Shown here in pieces: positions 10,163 to 21,600 of a DNA stretch of 64,000 nucleotides. Source of the DNA: Gammaproteobacteria bacterium. Lineage in GTDB: Bacteria > Pseudomonadota > Gammaproteobacteria > JAJFKO01. A program made the position numbers and the translations under genes. The notes under the pieces were generated by a model. That model worked only from the letters and a program-made list of their open reading frames with translations. It was not told the origin of the DNA and did not search any database. The number at the start of each line of letters is the position of its first letter. Positions within the stretch are counted from its first letter, which is position 1. The stretch spans positions 122,773-186,772 of the forward strand of contig JAJFKO010000064.1 of the NCBI GenBank assembly GCA_021773175.1, given 5' to 3'.

Positions 10163-10681
10163 TTAGCTAGCCTTTGCTTTACGTAATTTAGTTAATCTTG
10201 TGTCAATTCTACGTCGCTTAAGACCCGATAAACGATCAATAAATAGTTTGCCGTCCAGATGATCAAGCTCATGTTGAATGCATTTAGCCATATAACCTTC
10301 TTCTTCGCGTTCTATAGGTTCACCCTTTTGATCAAGTGCTCGAACTTTAATTTTATTATCACGCTTCACTTTTTCGTAAGTGCCGCCAGGAACTGACATG
10401 CAACCTTCTTGCTCATATTGTTCGCCTTTGCGTTCAATAATTTCAGCATTAACTAAGCAAATAGGATTGCTTTTTTCAGGAGAAATATCAATGACTGTAA
10501 TATGGTAAGGATCAGCAAAATCTAACTGTGTTGCAGCAAGTGCGGCGCAATTGTCGGTGTTATAGAGTGTTTCAAACATATCATCAATGATTTGAGTAAT
10601 TTCAGGTGTGATTGCTTCGACTTTTTTGCCTTTTTTTCTAAGACGTAAATTGGGATATTGTAAAATCTTTACCATTGCCAT
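10163..10681 (-). CDS. def: Peptide deformylase with atypical motif 1
   Basis: EGCMS and QHELDHLDG present; motif 1 reads CAALAATQ instead of GxGLAAxQ. Confidence 0.9.
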   Translation of the reverse strand: MAMVKILQYPNLRLRKKGKKVEAITPEITQIIDDMFETLYNTDNCAALAATQLDFADPYHITVIDISPEKSNPICLVNAEIIERKGEQYEQEGCMSVPGGTYEKVKRDNKIKVRALDQKGEPIEREEEGYMAKCIQHELDHLDGKLFIDRLSGLKRRRIDTRLTKLRKAKAS

Positions 10682-10773
10682 TTTTCGTAAACCCTTTATC
10701 AAAATTAGTGGTAATTGCTCATAATGAGTGCGATATTATAAGATTTTCTAAGTTATATCAACAGAGAAAGTGC

Positions 10774-11166
10774 TTATAAGCTTGAGCCGATTAAATTATA
10801 TTTTGCTAAAATACGACGTAAGACCTTTCCTTGATAGCTTTTTTCTGCAAGCCAAACACCACAAATTGCTTTGCGTAACTTAGGGTTTATTGCGATTTTT
10901 TTATCTAATTCTTCATCAACGGCATCATCTTTACCAATGATTTTCTCGAGTGGACCTGCTGCAATATAAGCGATTTCACGATCATTTTTTGCTTCATTTA
11001 ATAGTGCAATAGTGATGATTAATTTTGTATTTATGTCTAATTGAGAATGTGATAGATAATTAAGACCGTCGATTTGAAATTCACTTTCTTCATTTGTGAA
11101 TTTTTCTGTAACGAGTTTTTTATCAAATTCACAGGCGTAATGCGCACGATAAAATTCATATACCAA
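10774..11166 (-). CDS. Hypothetical protein, DUF6869-like
   Basis: IAAGPLEKII motif and closing LRKAICGVW; 130 aa. Confidence 0.55.
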   Translation of the reverse strand: MVYEFYRAHYACEFDKKLVTEKFTNEESEFQIDGLNYLSHSQLDINTKLIITIALLNEAKNDREIAYIAAGPLEKIIGKDDAVDEELDKKIAINPKLRKAICGVWLAEKSYQGKVLRRILAKYNLIGSSL

Positions 11167-11227
11167 GCAACAAAGTGCTGAATTTCACTGTCAGAGTATG
11201 AGGGTTGTTTATACTGATGGTTCATCA

Positions 11228-11893
11228 TTAAATTGGCCACTGTTCACGCTTATAAGCACTATCCCAAAACATCCATTCAAACTTAGTACATTCAATAAAG
11301 ATTTCTAGCATTTTTTCGCGTATTGATGGTGTTGCATTTGCAGCTAATTGATTCATGATAGCGGACATGCTGATTACAGACTTATTAAACTCTTCACCGG
11401 CATAGAGATTTATCCAACTAATATAGGGATGATTTTCTTGTTGCTGCATTGCGGACGTAATTTTGTTTGCGACGTTTGCATACACAGAAAAGCAAGGCAT
11501 CACACTGGCGACAGCTTCTTCGACACTGGCAATATGCGCAGTTCGTAATAAAAAATTAGTATAGATAGAACAGGTTGGCGTTGGCTTTATACCATCAAGT
11601 GTAGTACCAAAATGTTGCATATAGTTAAGATGTAATGCTTTTTCTGCTTGTATGATATTTAATGAAAATTGTATCAATTGTTCAGTATGCTCATGTTCTG
11701 TTAAACGTGAAGCAATAATGATTAAGGCTTTACTATAATCTGCCAAAAATAACAGATCTTGTTGTAAGTAAAAGTTAAAGATGTCCTTGGATAATTTTCC
11801 ATTTTCGAGTTCTAAATTAAATGGTAATTCATGAATGGCCGTTATTAATGATTTTGTGCGCTGTTGTGCTTGTTGAAAAAGCATAATTCTCAT
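11228..11893 (-). CDS. tenA: TenA family thiaminase II / aminopyrimidine aminohydrolase
   Basis: LPFNLEL..G.L, FYLQQD..FL, catalytic PCFSVY, WINLY, EWMFWDSAY. Confidence 0.88.
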   Translation of the reverse strand: MRIMLFQQAQQRTKSLITAIHELPFNLELENGKLSKDIFNFYLQQDLLFLADYSKALIIIASRLTEHEHTEQLIQFSLNIIQAEKALHLNYMQHFGTTLDGIKPTPTCSIYTNFLLRTAHIASVEEAVASVMPCFSVYANVANKITSAMQQQENHPYISWINLYAGEEFNKSVISMSAIMNQLAANATPSIREKMLEIFIECTKFEWMFWDSAYKREQWPI

Positions 11894-11988
11894 CCCCCTA
11901 TAACTATAAGTGAAGAATATACTCTGTAGAGATTAGTAGCAAATAATCGATAGAATTGTACATGATTTATATGTGGTGCCTACAAGCT

Positions 11989-12627
11989 TCAAGCTTGGCT
12001 TTTAGCGTAAGTTTTGTTAGATAACAGTATAGACAGTCTTTTATGCCAAGAGGCATGTAGGTTTGTGTAGTTTGTAATATGAATGTCACCAGCAAACTGC
12101 ATTGTTAACTCTTGAGCTAGCTCCGTGGCTTTTTCTTTAGAATAATTATCACTTAACGCAAAGCAGAAAACGCGATGTAATAATTCAAACAATTTGCTGG
12201 TACATTGAGGGGTTGTAGAAATTTGAAGATAGTATTTAAAAATGAGAGTTATTGTTTTCATAATATTCTCATCAAGAGAGGCAAGGTCACTATAATCACG
12301 ATGGAGTTTGTGAGAGGTTTTTCTCTTAGCTAAATATTGCTTTAAAAAATTTAGAGATAGGATTGTTCCCCACAGCAAAAATTCATCATAAGTGGCTTTA
12401 CTAGCAGAGTGAATATCTGCCTTATTCTGCAGATAAAAATTATTATCATTCATCGCTTGATCTGGTTTGATGGCAGAGCTTTGCATAAGTCTGTGCAAAT
12501 TTTTAGCAATGAAATATAAAATCTTTTCTTGAGAAAAAAGTGAATTACTAAACGTTATGTTGTTAAGTTCTTGATATATTAATGTTGCATCGTAATTCAT
12601 GGCGAATCCCTTCAAACTTTGAAGCAA
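11989..12627 (-). CDS. Hypothetical helical protein, AT-rich; start may be ATG 12600
   Basis: 212-aa ORF with no competing ORF and no motif recognised. Confidence 0.55.
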   Translation of the reverse strand: MLQSLKGFAMNYDATLIYQELNNITFSNSLFSQEKILYFIAKNLHRLMQSSAIKPDQAMNDNNFYLQNKADIHSASKATYDEFLLWGTILSLNFLKQYLAKRKTSHKLHRDYSDLASLDENIMKTITLIFKYYLQISTTPQCTSKLFELLHRVFCFALSDNYSKEKATELAQELTMQFAGDIHITNYTNLHASWHKRLSILLSNKTYAKSQA

Positions 12628-12788
12628 TATAAGGGATACTTTCTTTAATGAAAATTATGATCATTCATACTTTATACTCATGCTTTTCTATATTTTTATA
12701 GTGGGAAGTAACTATATTTTATTAAATTAGACTTTTTGTAAGAAGCAATTATCATGAGATGTTTTATATTTAAGCAATGAAAGTGTTG

Positions 12789-13406
12789 CTATTTAATTTC
12801 ATTATAAATAGTTACTAGCTCAGCAAGAGATTTAACTTCCATTTTTTTCATTACTTTTGAGCGATGTAGTTCAACAGTGTTTTGACTAATATTTAATCTT
12901 GCAGCAATAACTTTATTAATATCTCCCTTCACAATTAAAGACATAACGTCTCTTTCTCTTTGAGTGAGTCGGGATTGGCGCATTAACAAATCTTGCTTGT
13001 AATCTAATTGTTCTAATTTCAATTTATCTAAGTTAATAGCCTTGTTAATTGCATCAAGAAGTAATTGGTTGTTAACAGGTTTTGTTAGAAACTCGACAGC
13101 ACCGGCTTTCATTGCGCGGACTGCCATGGGCACATCTCCATGTCCAGTCATAAAAATAATGGGTAAATTTACATTTCTATGAAGCAGACTTTCTTGAAGA
13201 TCCAATCCACTGATGCCTGGCATTCGAACGTCTAAAACTAAGCATGCTGGTCTTATAATATTTTTGAATTCTAGAAATTCAAGTGGGTTTATAAAAGAAA
13301 TTACATTATAACCAAGAGATTCTATTAGCCATTGTAATGAGGAGAGGACTTCAGCATCATCATCAACAATATAAATATTGCCAATATTAGACTTATTTGT
13401 TTTCAT
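12789..13406 (-). CDS. FixJ/LuxR-type response regulator (REC plus HTH)
   Basis: IVDDD, LVLDVRMPG (phospho-Asp), FLTKP, LTQRERDV...NKVIAARLNISQNTVELHR; true start MKTNK at 13406, overlapping the kinase stop. Confidence 0.92.
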   Translation of the reverse strand: MKTNKSNIGNIYIVDDDAEVLSSLQWLIESLGYNVISFINPLEFLEFKNIIRPACLVLDVRMPGISGLDLQESLLHRNVNLPIIFMTGHGDVPMAVRAMKAGAVEFLTKPVNNQLLLDAINKAINLDKLKLEQLDYKQDLLMRQSRLTQRERDVMSLIVKGDINKVIAARLNISQNTVELHRSKVMKKMEVKSLAELVTIYNEIK

Positions 13407-14514
13407 GTTCGAGCTCTTGAATAGGTAGTTTAATTGTAAATATAGTGCCAACATTGAGTATGGACTTAACTTGAATATCTCCAGCATGGGCATCAATAAT
13501 AGTTTTACTAATAGCAAGACCCATACCCATACCATTTGCTTTCGTAGTATGAAATGCTTCAAAAATTTTTGCAAGAGTAGTATCAGACATACCTTTTCCT
13601 GAGTCTTCTACAGAGAAAATAATAAATTCTTCTGAATATTTTGTTGTAACAATAATTTTTTTTATCGTGCTCGTATTTTTTAATATAGCGTCAATTGCAT
13701 TATTAACTAGGTTTATTAGCACTTGCTGGATTTGTGTTCTATCAAGCTCAATAATTTTTATTTGTTTAGATAGTTGTAATTGCACATCAACTCTATTTTG
13801 GCTTAATTGATATTGCATAAATGTTAATGTTTCTACGATTAATTCATTAATATCAGTGAGTTTTTTATGAACATCGCCTTTTCTAACAAAATTTTTCAAG
13901 CGATGGATAACTTTTCCTGCTCGTTCTGCATGAGCAATAATTTTCTTCATAACAGAGATGATTTCTAGTGGAACAGATTGATTTTCTAGGCGAGCTAAAC
14001 AGCCACCAGTATAATGAACTATCGTTGTTAAAGGCTGATTAATTTCGTGAGCAATGCTAGAAGCCATCTCTCCGGCAATATTCAATCTTTCCATATGAGT
14101 CAGTTCAGAATAAGCTGCTTCAGAGACCTTTATACTATTGATATCGGTGAATGTTACGCAAAGTGTCGTGGAGTTTTCTTCTGTTGCAGGAATAAAATTT
14201 GTTTGGACAAAGACCCAGAGTTCTTTATTGTCAATATTCTGTATACGGCTTTCAATTTTTATATTACATTTTTCTTCAATACTTATTTTTAAAAGATTCA
14301 AAATCTTTTTTCTATCATTACTATGAATGACGTTTTGCCAATTGTCACCATAACTTTCTTCATCAATTTGATTGCTTAATTCTTGCCATGTATGATTTAC
14401 ATAAACACAGCAAAGATTGCTATCTAAATAAATTGTAGCAATAGGCAAATGCTCCAGAGTTGGTTTGACTGTTGGCTGTAATAATGATGTTGGGATTGTT
14501 TTTTGCAAAACCAT
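13393..14514 (-). CDS. Soluble PAS-domain sensor histidine kinase (FixL-like)
   Basis: PAS/PAC (WQNVIHSNDR...ELWV), H-box IAHEINQPL, N-box QVLINLVNNA, DSGKG, GMGMGLAIS; no TM segment. Confidence 0.92.
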   Translation of the reverse strand: MVLQKTIPTSLLQPTVKPTLEHLPIATIYLDSNLCCVYVNHTWQELSNQIDEESYGDNWQNVIHSNDRKKILNLLKISIEEKCNIKIESRIQNIDNKELWVFVQTNFIPATEENSTTLCVTFTDINSIKVSEAAYSELTHMERLNIAGEMASSIAHEINQPLTTIVHYTGGCLARLENQSVPLEIISVMKKIIAHAERAGKVIHRLKNFVRKGDVHKKLTDINELIVETLTFMQYQLSQNRVDVQLQLSKQIKIIELDRTQIQQVLINLVNNAIDAILKNTSTIKKIIVTTKYSEEFIIFSVEDSGKGMSDTTLAKIFEAFHTTKANGMGMGLAISKTIIDAHAGDIQVKSILNVGTIFTIKLPIQELEHENK

Positions 14515-14515
14515 A

Positions 14516-15424
14516 TTATACTAACTCTGTTGTTTCGTCATAAATGAAATGCTGACGTATATCATGTTTTGTTAACCAATCAAGAATACATTTATCAAAT
14601 GCTATTTGCTCTTCATGGTGCAGCATATGACGACCAGGTAGAATATTATGTTGATAGTTATCAGGTAACACAATGCCATTAAATGACTCTAATAGAATTC
14701 GTTTATCATCTTTACCTGAAACCAATAATATAGGTTTATTAGTTGCAGAAGAAGGTTGATAGCCTTCAGCAAGTCGATGACCTGGTAATAATTCATTAAA
14801 AAGAATTAACTGTAAATCAATATTATCAATGCCATTTTTCCAAAGTTGATGTCCTGCCAATGCAAGGTTTTCACTAGCATAATCTTTATGTGCCTCCTCA
14901 ATGATGCCTTGTAAATAGTCATTCAATACTTGAGCTTCAACATCTTCAACATCAAGCGCTTCATCAGGACCAACGTTCATGATTTTTTCATTGTCTTCTT
15001 TTACTTGATGATCCATCGCAGGTGGAGGGCATAATAACACTGCACCGCATGTTTGTTCTGGATATTTATAAACGAATTGATCTGCAATGAGACCAAGAAT
15101 TGAGAATGCAAACATGACAAAACGAGGCTTATTTATTTTTTCACACAGGTGTGAAAAAATTTCTGAATAAAAATTAAGATAACCGTTCATTGTTCGTAGC
15201 TGATCCAGACTTGGAGCATTTTCAATATAGTCATCAAGTTTCTGTTTCCATGGAAAGTTAATGCCATAGAAAGTAAAGTGCTTTTTCAGATTATCTGATA
15301 GATGTGGTATATAAACTTCAGGTGGCCCCATAACAAACGCGGGAATGTCACCATCTCCATCTGAAATGTAAGTATAAGTTACGTTGTTAATGCTTAATTT
15401 CTCTTTTTTCATTTTCATTCCCAA
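14516..15424 (-). CDS. Alpha/beta hydrolase; start may be 15418 or 15412
   Basis: DGDGDIPAFVMG, nucleophile elbow AFSILG, LLVSGKDD, GRHMLHHEE (putative Ser-Asp-His triad). Confidence 0.75.
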   Translation of the reverse strand: MGMKMKKEKLSINNVTYTYISDGDGDIPAFVMGPPEVYIPHLSDNLKKHFTFYGINFPWKQKLDDYIENAPSLDQLRTMNGYLNFYSEIFSHLCEKINKPRFVMFAFSILGLIADQFVYKYPEQTCGAVLLCPPPAMDHQVKEDNEKIMNVGPDEALDVEDVEAQVLNDYLQGIIEEAHKDYASENLALAGHQLWKNGIDNIDLQLILFNELLPGHRLAEGYQPSSATNKPILLVSGKDDKRILLESFNGIVLPDNYQHNILPGRHMLHHEEQIAFDKCILDWLTKHDIRQHFIYDETTELV

Positions 15425-15629
15425 TTAAATTCTGGATAAAAATTAATCTTTATCTATGCTTAGTACTATATGGATACGTGCATCTATGACGCAATACACC
15501 ACTGGCGGTGCATTATAAGATATGTACTAATTTTTGTCATGGTGTTTTGCTAGATATACTCTAAGAAATTAGGTTTTCCAAAGTATCTACAGGAGGATAG
15601 TCATTTGTTTGACTTTATAGCGAAGGAGT

Positions 15630-18600
15630 ATGCTTGTAATGGCACAAATAAAAAAAACAATAAAAAAGGCATTAATAAAACATAAGAAATTAGCGACAGA
15701 AAAATTAACTACAGAAGAAAAATATGAACTTTCAGCGATACAAAAAGGGATGCTATATCACTCAGAGCTTAATGACACAGCTGGAATTTATCATTTACAA
15801 GTACATATATCGTTAAATGAAAATATTGATGTTTCGCTATTGCAGCGAGCATGGCGAATAGTTCGTAATAAATATCCTATTTTACAATGTTGTCTAAGTG
15901 ACTCTGATATTCAAAAAGCAAAGTTAATAAAGAAAAAACATATGATCAGTAAGATTGAAACTTTTGATTTAACTCGCAATAAAATGAATCAAAAAAAACG
16001 CTTTAAAAAAATAACTTCAGTAGCACGCAATCTGCCTTTTAATCTAACCCAAGCACCTCTAATGAGAATCCAACTTTTTAAATTTAAAAAGCAATCATAT
16101 AAATTAGTTTGGAGTTATCATCATATATTATTAGGTGGTAACAGTGTTGTTAAAGTTGCTAGTGATATTATGCAAATTTATGATGAGTTAAAAGTTGGAA
16201 GGCTTAGCTCAAAATCTAGAGAAATATATCCTGTAATCATACCTGAATTTACAATGATCAATAAAGATTGGCAAAAATACTGGCTAGATATATTTAAAGA
16301 CTATTCTTTTCGAGAAATACAATTATGCACTAAAGCCTTAAAGAAGCTTCCAATAGAGCAAGGAACAATAACTAATATAATAAAAAGAGTAAGCGCATCA
16401 TCTTTACAGGCACAAGCAAAGTCAATATCTGTTACTGCCAATACAGTGATTCTCGCAGCTTGGGCAATACTTTTAGGCATATATGCTGATGTGGATGATG
16501 TGGTACTTGGTTCTGTTCGTGCCTTACCTGAAGAATTCAGTGAAGAAAATATAGGGCTTTTCATGAACTCCTTGCCTATTCGAGCTAATGTAAAGAATAC
16601 AATAACAGTTAAAGTCTTATTAAATAATATTCGTAAACAACAAAACAATTTCAAACATGTTGTTAGGACATCTCCTGCTGACTTAAAGCATCTGCTTGGC
16701 ATAAATCTGGGAAGTGATATTTATTCAACAATCGTTGATTATAAGCCAATTGCGTTTAGAAATTATTTTAAGGGTCAAAGCCCATGCTTCTTGAATAGAG
16801 ATATTGATCACTTTGGCACAACTAATCATGATATTTCACTTGAGATTCAAGTAGATGATGATGCGCTATATGGAAGAGTGGCATATAACAAAAATAAATA
16901 TTATAAGCAGCACATAAAAAAACTATTTTTGCAGTTTGAAGTAATACTTGAAGCGTTAACACTAGCTTCTGAATGTAACTCTTTAGGAGAAATAAAAGAA
17001 GCATCGTTAAAGAAAGACTTCATGTCTAGATTTAATAATAAGATAGATATTAAGCAGTATTCAAATGTAACGCTGGCTTCTACCTTTATAGATGTTGCAA
17101 ATCATTATCCGTTTAATATTGCTATTAGGGACAGTAATATTAATATGAAGTATGGTGAGCTGAATTTCTATACTAATAAAATTGCAAACTATATAGGAAA
17201 AAGAGTTTCAAAAAAATTCCAGGTTGTTGGGATTGCTTTATCGAATAAGATTGACATCATCGCAACAATGCTGGCTTTAAACAAGCTCAATAAGACATAT
17301 GTATATCTAGATACATCTCTTCCTAAAGGTCGCATCATGAGTATGATGAATTCTAGCAACATGCAAATAGTTATTTGTGGTAGCAATGCTTTTAACTTTA
17401 ATATTAAAAAGCTCATATTTAATAAAAGTAGAATTATTAAATATAATGGAAAGAATGTTAAGGTGGTTAATGAAAAGAGCAATCCAGCATTTATTATTTT
17501 CACATCTGGAACAACAGGAACACCAAAAGCAATTCCAATAAAAGATAGTTCAATAATAAATTTTGTTAAAGATAATGACTGTTTTGAAATTAATTCAAGA
17601 GATCGTGTTGCACAAGTTTCTAGCCTTGCATTTGATGCTTCAACATTTGAAATTTGGGGGGCACTGTTAAATGCTGCAAGTTTAGAAATAATATGCAAAG
17701 AAGACTTTATTGATGTTAATAAATTCAAGGAAAATATTGTTAAGCGATCTGTTTCGATTATATTATTAACAACAGCATATCTGAATGAAATTATCAGTAT
17801 AGAGCCAACACTATTAGGAAGGATTAATCTTGTTTTATTTGGTGGGGAGCAAGTTAATACGGGCTTATTCAAAAAATATTTTCTAAATAAAGATGTTCTA
17901 AAGCCTAGGAAACTAATACATCTTTATGGTCCTGCTGAAGCGACTACTGCAAGTCTATATCACTATGTGACAAAGAAAGATATAAACAAGCATACTATTC
18001 CTATTGGAAAGCCTATGAAGAATAACAGTGCATATGTTTTGGATCACAATCTACAATTAACGCCAGATGGCGTGATAGGTGAATTATATATTAGTGGTTT
18101 AGGCTTGGCTGATGGATATTTAAATCAAATTAAGAACACACGAAAAAGCTTTATTAATGTGGATTTCCCTGATGAGGGTATAGTGACATTATATAAAACC
18201 AATGATCTAGTTAGAGTTAATCAATTTGGCGAGATTGAATATATTGGACGTAAAGATAATCAGGTTAAATATAATGGCTATAGAATTGAATTAGAAGAAA
18301 TTGAAAAATCTATAGAGCGTCTTCCTGCTGTTAAGCAAGCTGTTGCGTTACTTAGTAAGGATACTAATGGGCATACAAAGCTTCTGGCCTATATATTATT
18401 TGATGCTCTGGTTAAAAATATTAGCCCTGCAAAAATAAGGCTTGAATTAAAAAAATATTTACCAGCATATATGCTCCCATCAAGTATTATTTCTATAGAT
18501 TCTTTGCCAATAAATGGTAATGGGAAAATTGCTAAAGAAGCATTACCTTTACATGATGATAGTAGGTTTGAGATTGCCTCTTCTGATTCTATGGTTGCAT

Positions 18601-21600
18601 ATACTCAAGTAGAAAGAATGCTAGAAAATATATGGCAAGAATGTTTAGTAATTAATAGGGTAAAAATAAATATTAATCATAACTTTTATGAGTTGGGTGG
18701 TGATTCAATAATCAGTATAAGTGTCGCTGCGAAAATAAGACAAAAGGGTTATGATATATCAACGCAAGATATTTTGGATAATCCAACCATCTATGAGCTT
18801 GCACGATTTTTAGACTCGAGTGAAAAAAAACTAAAAAAAATAAGATTGCTAAAAATAGATAGTGTTCCACTGTTAATTGCTCAAGAGTGGTTTTTTGAAA
18901 ATGTAGCTAGTGATGCTAGAAACTTTATACAGTCGTATAAGTTGGTTATCAATGAAGACGTCGATATTCCTAGATTAAAAACAGCGATAGAAATGGCGCT
19001 AAATAATATTGATGCATTTCGTACATGTTTTTACAAAAAGGATGGGTTGATTTTTCAAAAAATAATTAATGATAGTAAAACAACAATGCCCATTGAATGT
19101 AGACTTGTAAAGAATAGACATGATATTAAAGATGTTATTAGTAAGATAAAAAAAGAAGCGCTAAACCATATAGAGCTTGATGCGAATAAACTTACATATT
19201 CTGTCATCATAGAAGATGATGTTGTTAATACTGACTACTTCTGCTTTTTTGTACATCATCTTATTTTTGATTATATTTCATGGTCTGTTCTATCGAAGTA
19301 TATCTTGAAATACTATCAAGATTCAGATTACAACATTACGAGCAAAGAAAGGGCTCTTCTGAATGCAAATATGCCTTATGCAATAAAATGTAAAGAATAT
19401 ATTAATGATATGTCACAAGACTATTTTGTAAATCCTCCAGTTAGTAATGATAAAGCTGCAACGCATAATGTATACAACACTTTTTGCTTGAGTTCAGCAT
19501 TGAGCGACAAAGAAATTCTTAATAAAAATAATTACTCTTCAGAAGAAAGTGTAAATATTGATATTAACATCTCTAACATTAATGAACTCTTGAATATGCA
19601 AATACAAAAGAATATTTCTATTCCAGAACTATTATTAGCAGTACTGAATTTAACTTTTATTAATATTAATAAAAGAAGCGTGCCTGTAACTATCGCTTTA
19701 GAATCAACCGGTAGGGAAAACACTCTCAATGGTATTGATATCACTGAAAGCATATCATGGTTTACTATTATATCTGAGATAGTAATAGGATTGATTCAGA
19801 CTGATGACGTAATAGAAAATATTAAATCCATACACGATCAGATACGGAAGATAAAAACAAGTAGCTATTTAGAGAATATAGCTGCAATGACCGCAACAAA
19901 TAAGCGACATAAACAAAAAGCAGAGGTGAGTTTTAATTATCTTGGTCTGCTCACGAAAAGATCTAATAACGAACTGTTTTTAGAGCTGGAAGAGCTAAAG
20001 CTTTATGCTGATATAAAGTTAAGAAGACCCTTTGTTCTAGATTTATGTGCATTTATAAATAATAATACTATTACAGTTAAATTTGACTTTAATAGTAGAT
20101 TATTAGATTCAAAAAAAATAGAACTGCTAGCATCTGCCTATAAAGATAATCTTTTTCATGCGATTGATAAAGTATTAAAGGAAAATAAAGCTATTTACAG
20201 TATTTATGACTTTAGATTACCTGATATTACTCGAGGTCAATTTGATCAAGTTATAGAGAAAATTCATAGGATTAATCATAGCTGTAAAGATATTAAAATA
20301 ACAAAGCTTTATCAGTTATCTTATTTGCAACAAGGTTTGCTTTTTCAGAATAAACTTAACAATGAATCTAGCAATTATTTAATTCAAGCTATGGTGGAAG
20401 TTGACTCTAAAGTAAACATGAAGATTTTCGTACAAGTATTACGTGATATATATACAAAGTTTGATATTTTTAGAACAGGATTTATTTATGATGAGTTGAG
20501 TTTTCCAGTGCAATATGTACTGAAAAATATAGATAGCCAAATAACATACTTAAATTGGAGAGTATATAATAAATCAAAAGTAGAGAATAAATTGAATCAA
20601 TTTCTAAAAGTTGATAGAGAGAATATTTTTGATCTAAGTATGCCTCCATTGTTACGTTTCAATCTTATTAATATTAATAACAAGCGAACTATTCTACTTG
20701 CAACATACCATCATATTATTATGGATGGATGGTCAATGCAGGTATTCCTTAAAGAGATAGTCAATAATTATTTAGAATATGGAAGAATTGTTAATAACAA
20801 TATGGATCTACAATATGATAAATATATTGATTATATATATAAAGAGATGAAGAAAGACAAGTTATCCTCAACTAATATAAAAAATAATGTGGATTCACCC
20901 AGTCAACTAATAGGAAATATTAATAAAAATAGAGAGTCGCTGAGCACAGTAAGTGTTGAAAGATATGATATTTCAATATCACATAAATTGACAGATAAGC
21001 TTAATGCTATTGCAAAAAAACGGCATGTCTCATTGAATACAATAATGCAAGCAGCGTTCTCATTATTAATACATAAATATACTTATAGATATGAAGTGTT
21101 AATTGGAATGGTTTTGTCTGGAAGGAATATCCAGATAGAAAATATAGAGAATATGCTAGGTTTATTAATATATTCAGTACCATTCTCAGTAAAAATTAAT
21201 CCTAATGATAATTTACAGAACTTTCTAGATGAAATTCAAGAAATAATCTCTCATTCAGATAAGGAGAAATTTTTGAAGGGTCATGGTAGCAATACTAAGA
21301 TAAACAGTAAATTTCATGATGCTTTTGATATTTTATATGTTTTTGAAAACTACCCTAAAAAGGATGTTCATGATGAATGTATCTTAGCTAGTAATCTGCG
21401 TGTTATAGAGCAGACTCATTTTCCTTTGACGTGCCTTATTCAGCCTGCAGACAATATAAAAATTTCAATTTCTTATAAAAATAACCAGTACGATGAAAAT
21501 TATATTGTTAATTTTGTAAAAAACTATTTATTAATATTGGATGGGATTTCTGACAATAGGCTATTAAATCTATCTGAGATAAATATTTCTGATGATAAAA

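Noticed and set aside
11894-11988. Possible TPP riboswitch upstream of tenA
   Set aside because: No CUGAGA / ACCUG / AGGGA core found in this short AT-rich spacer
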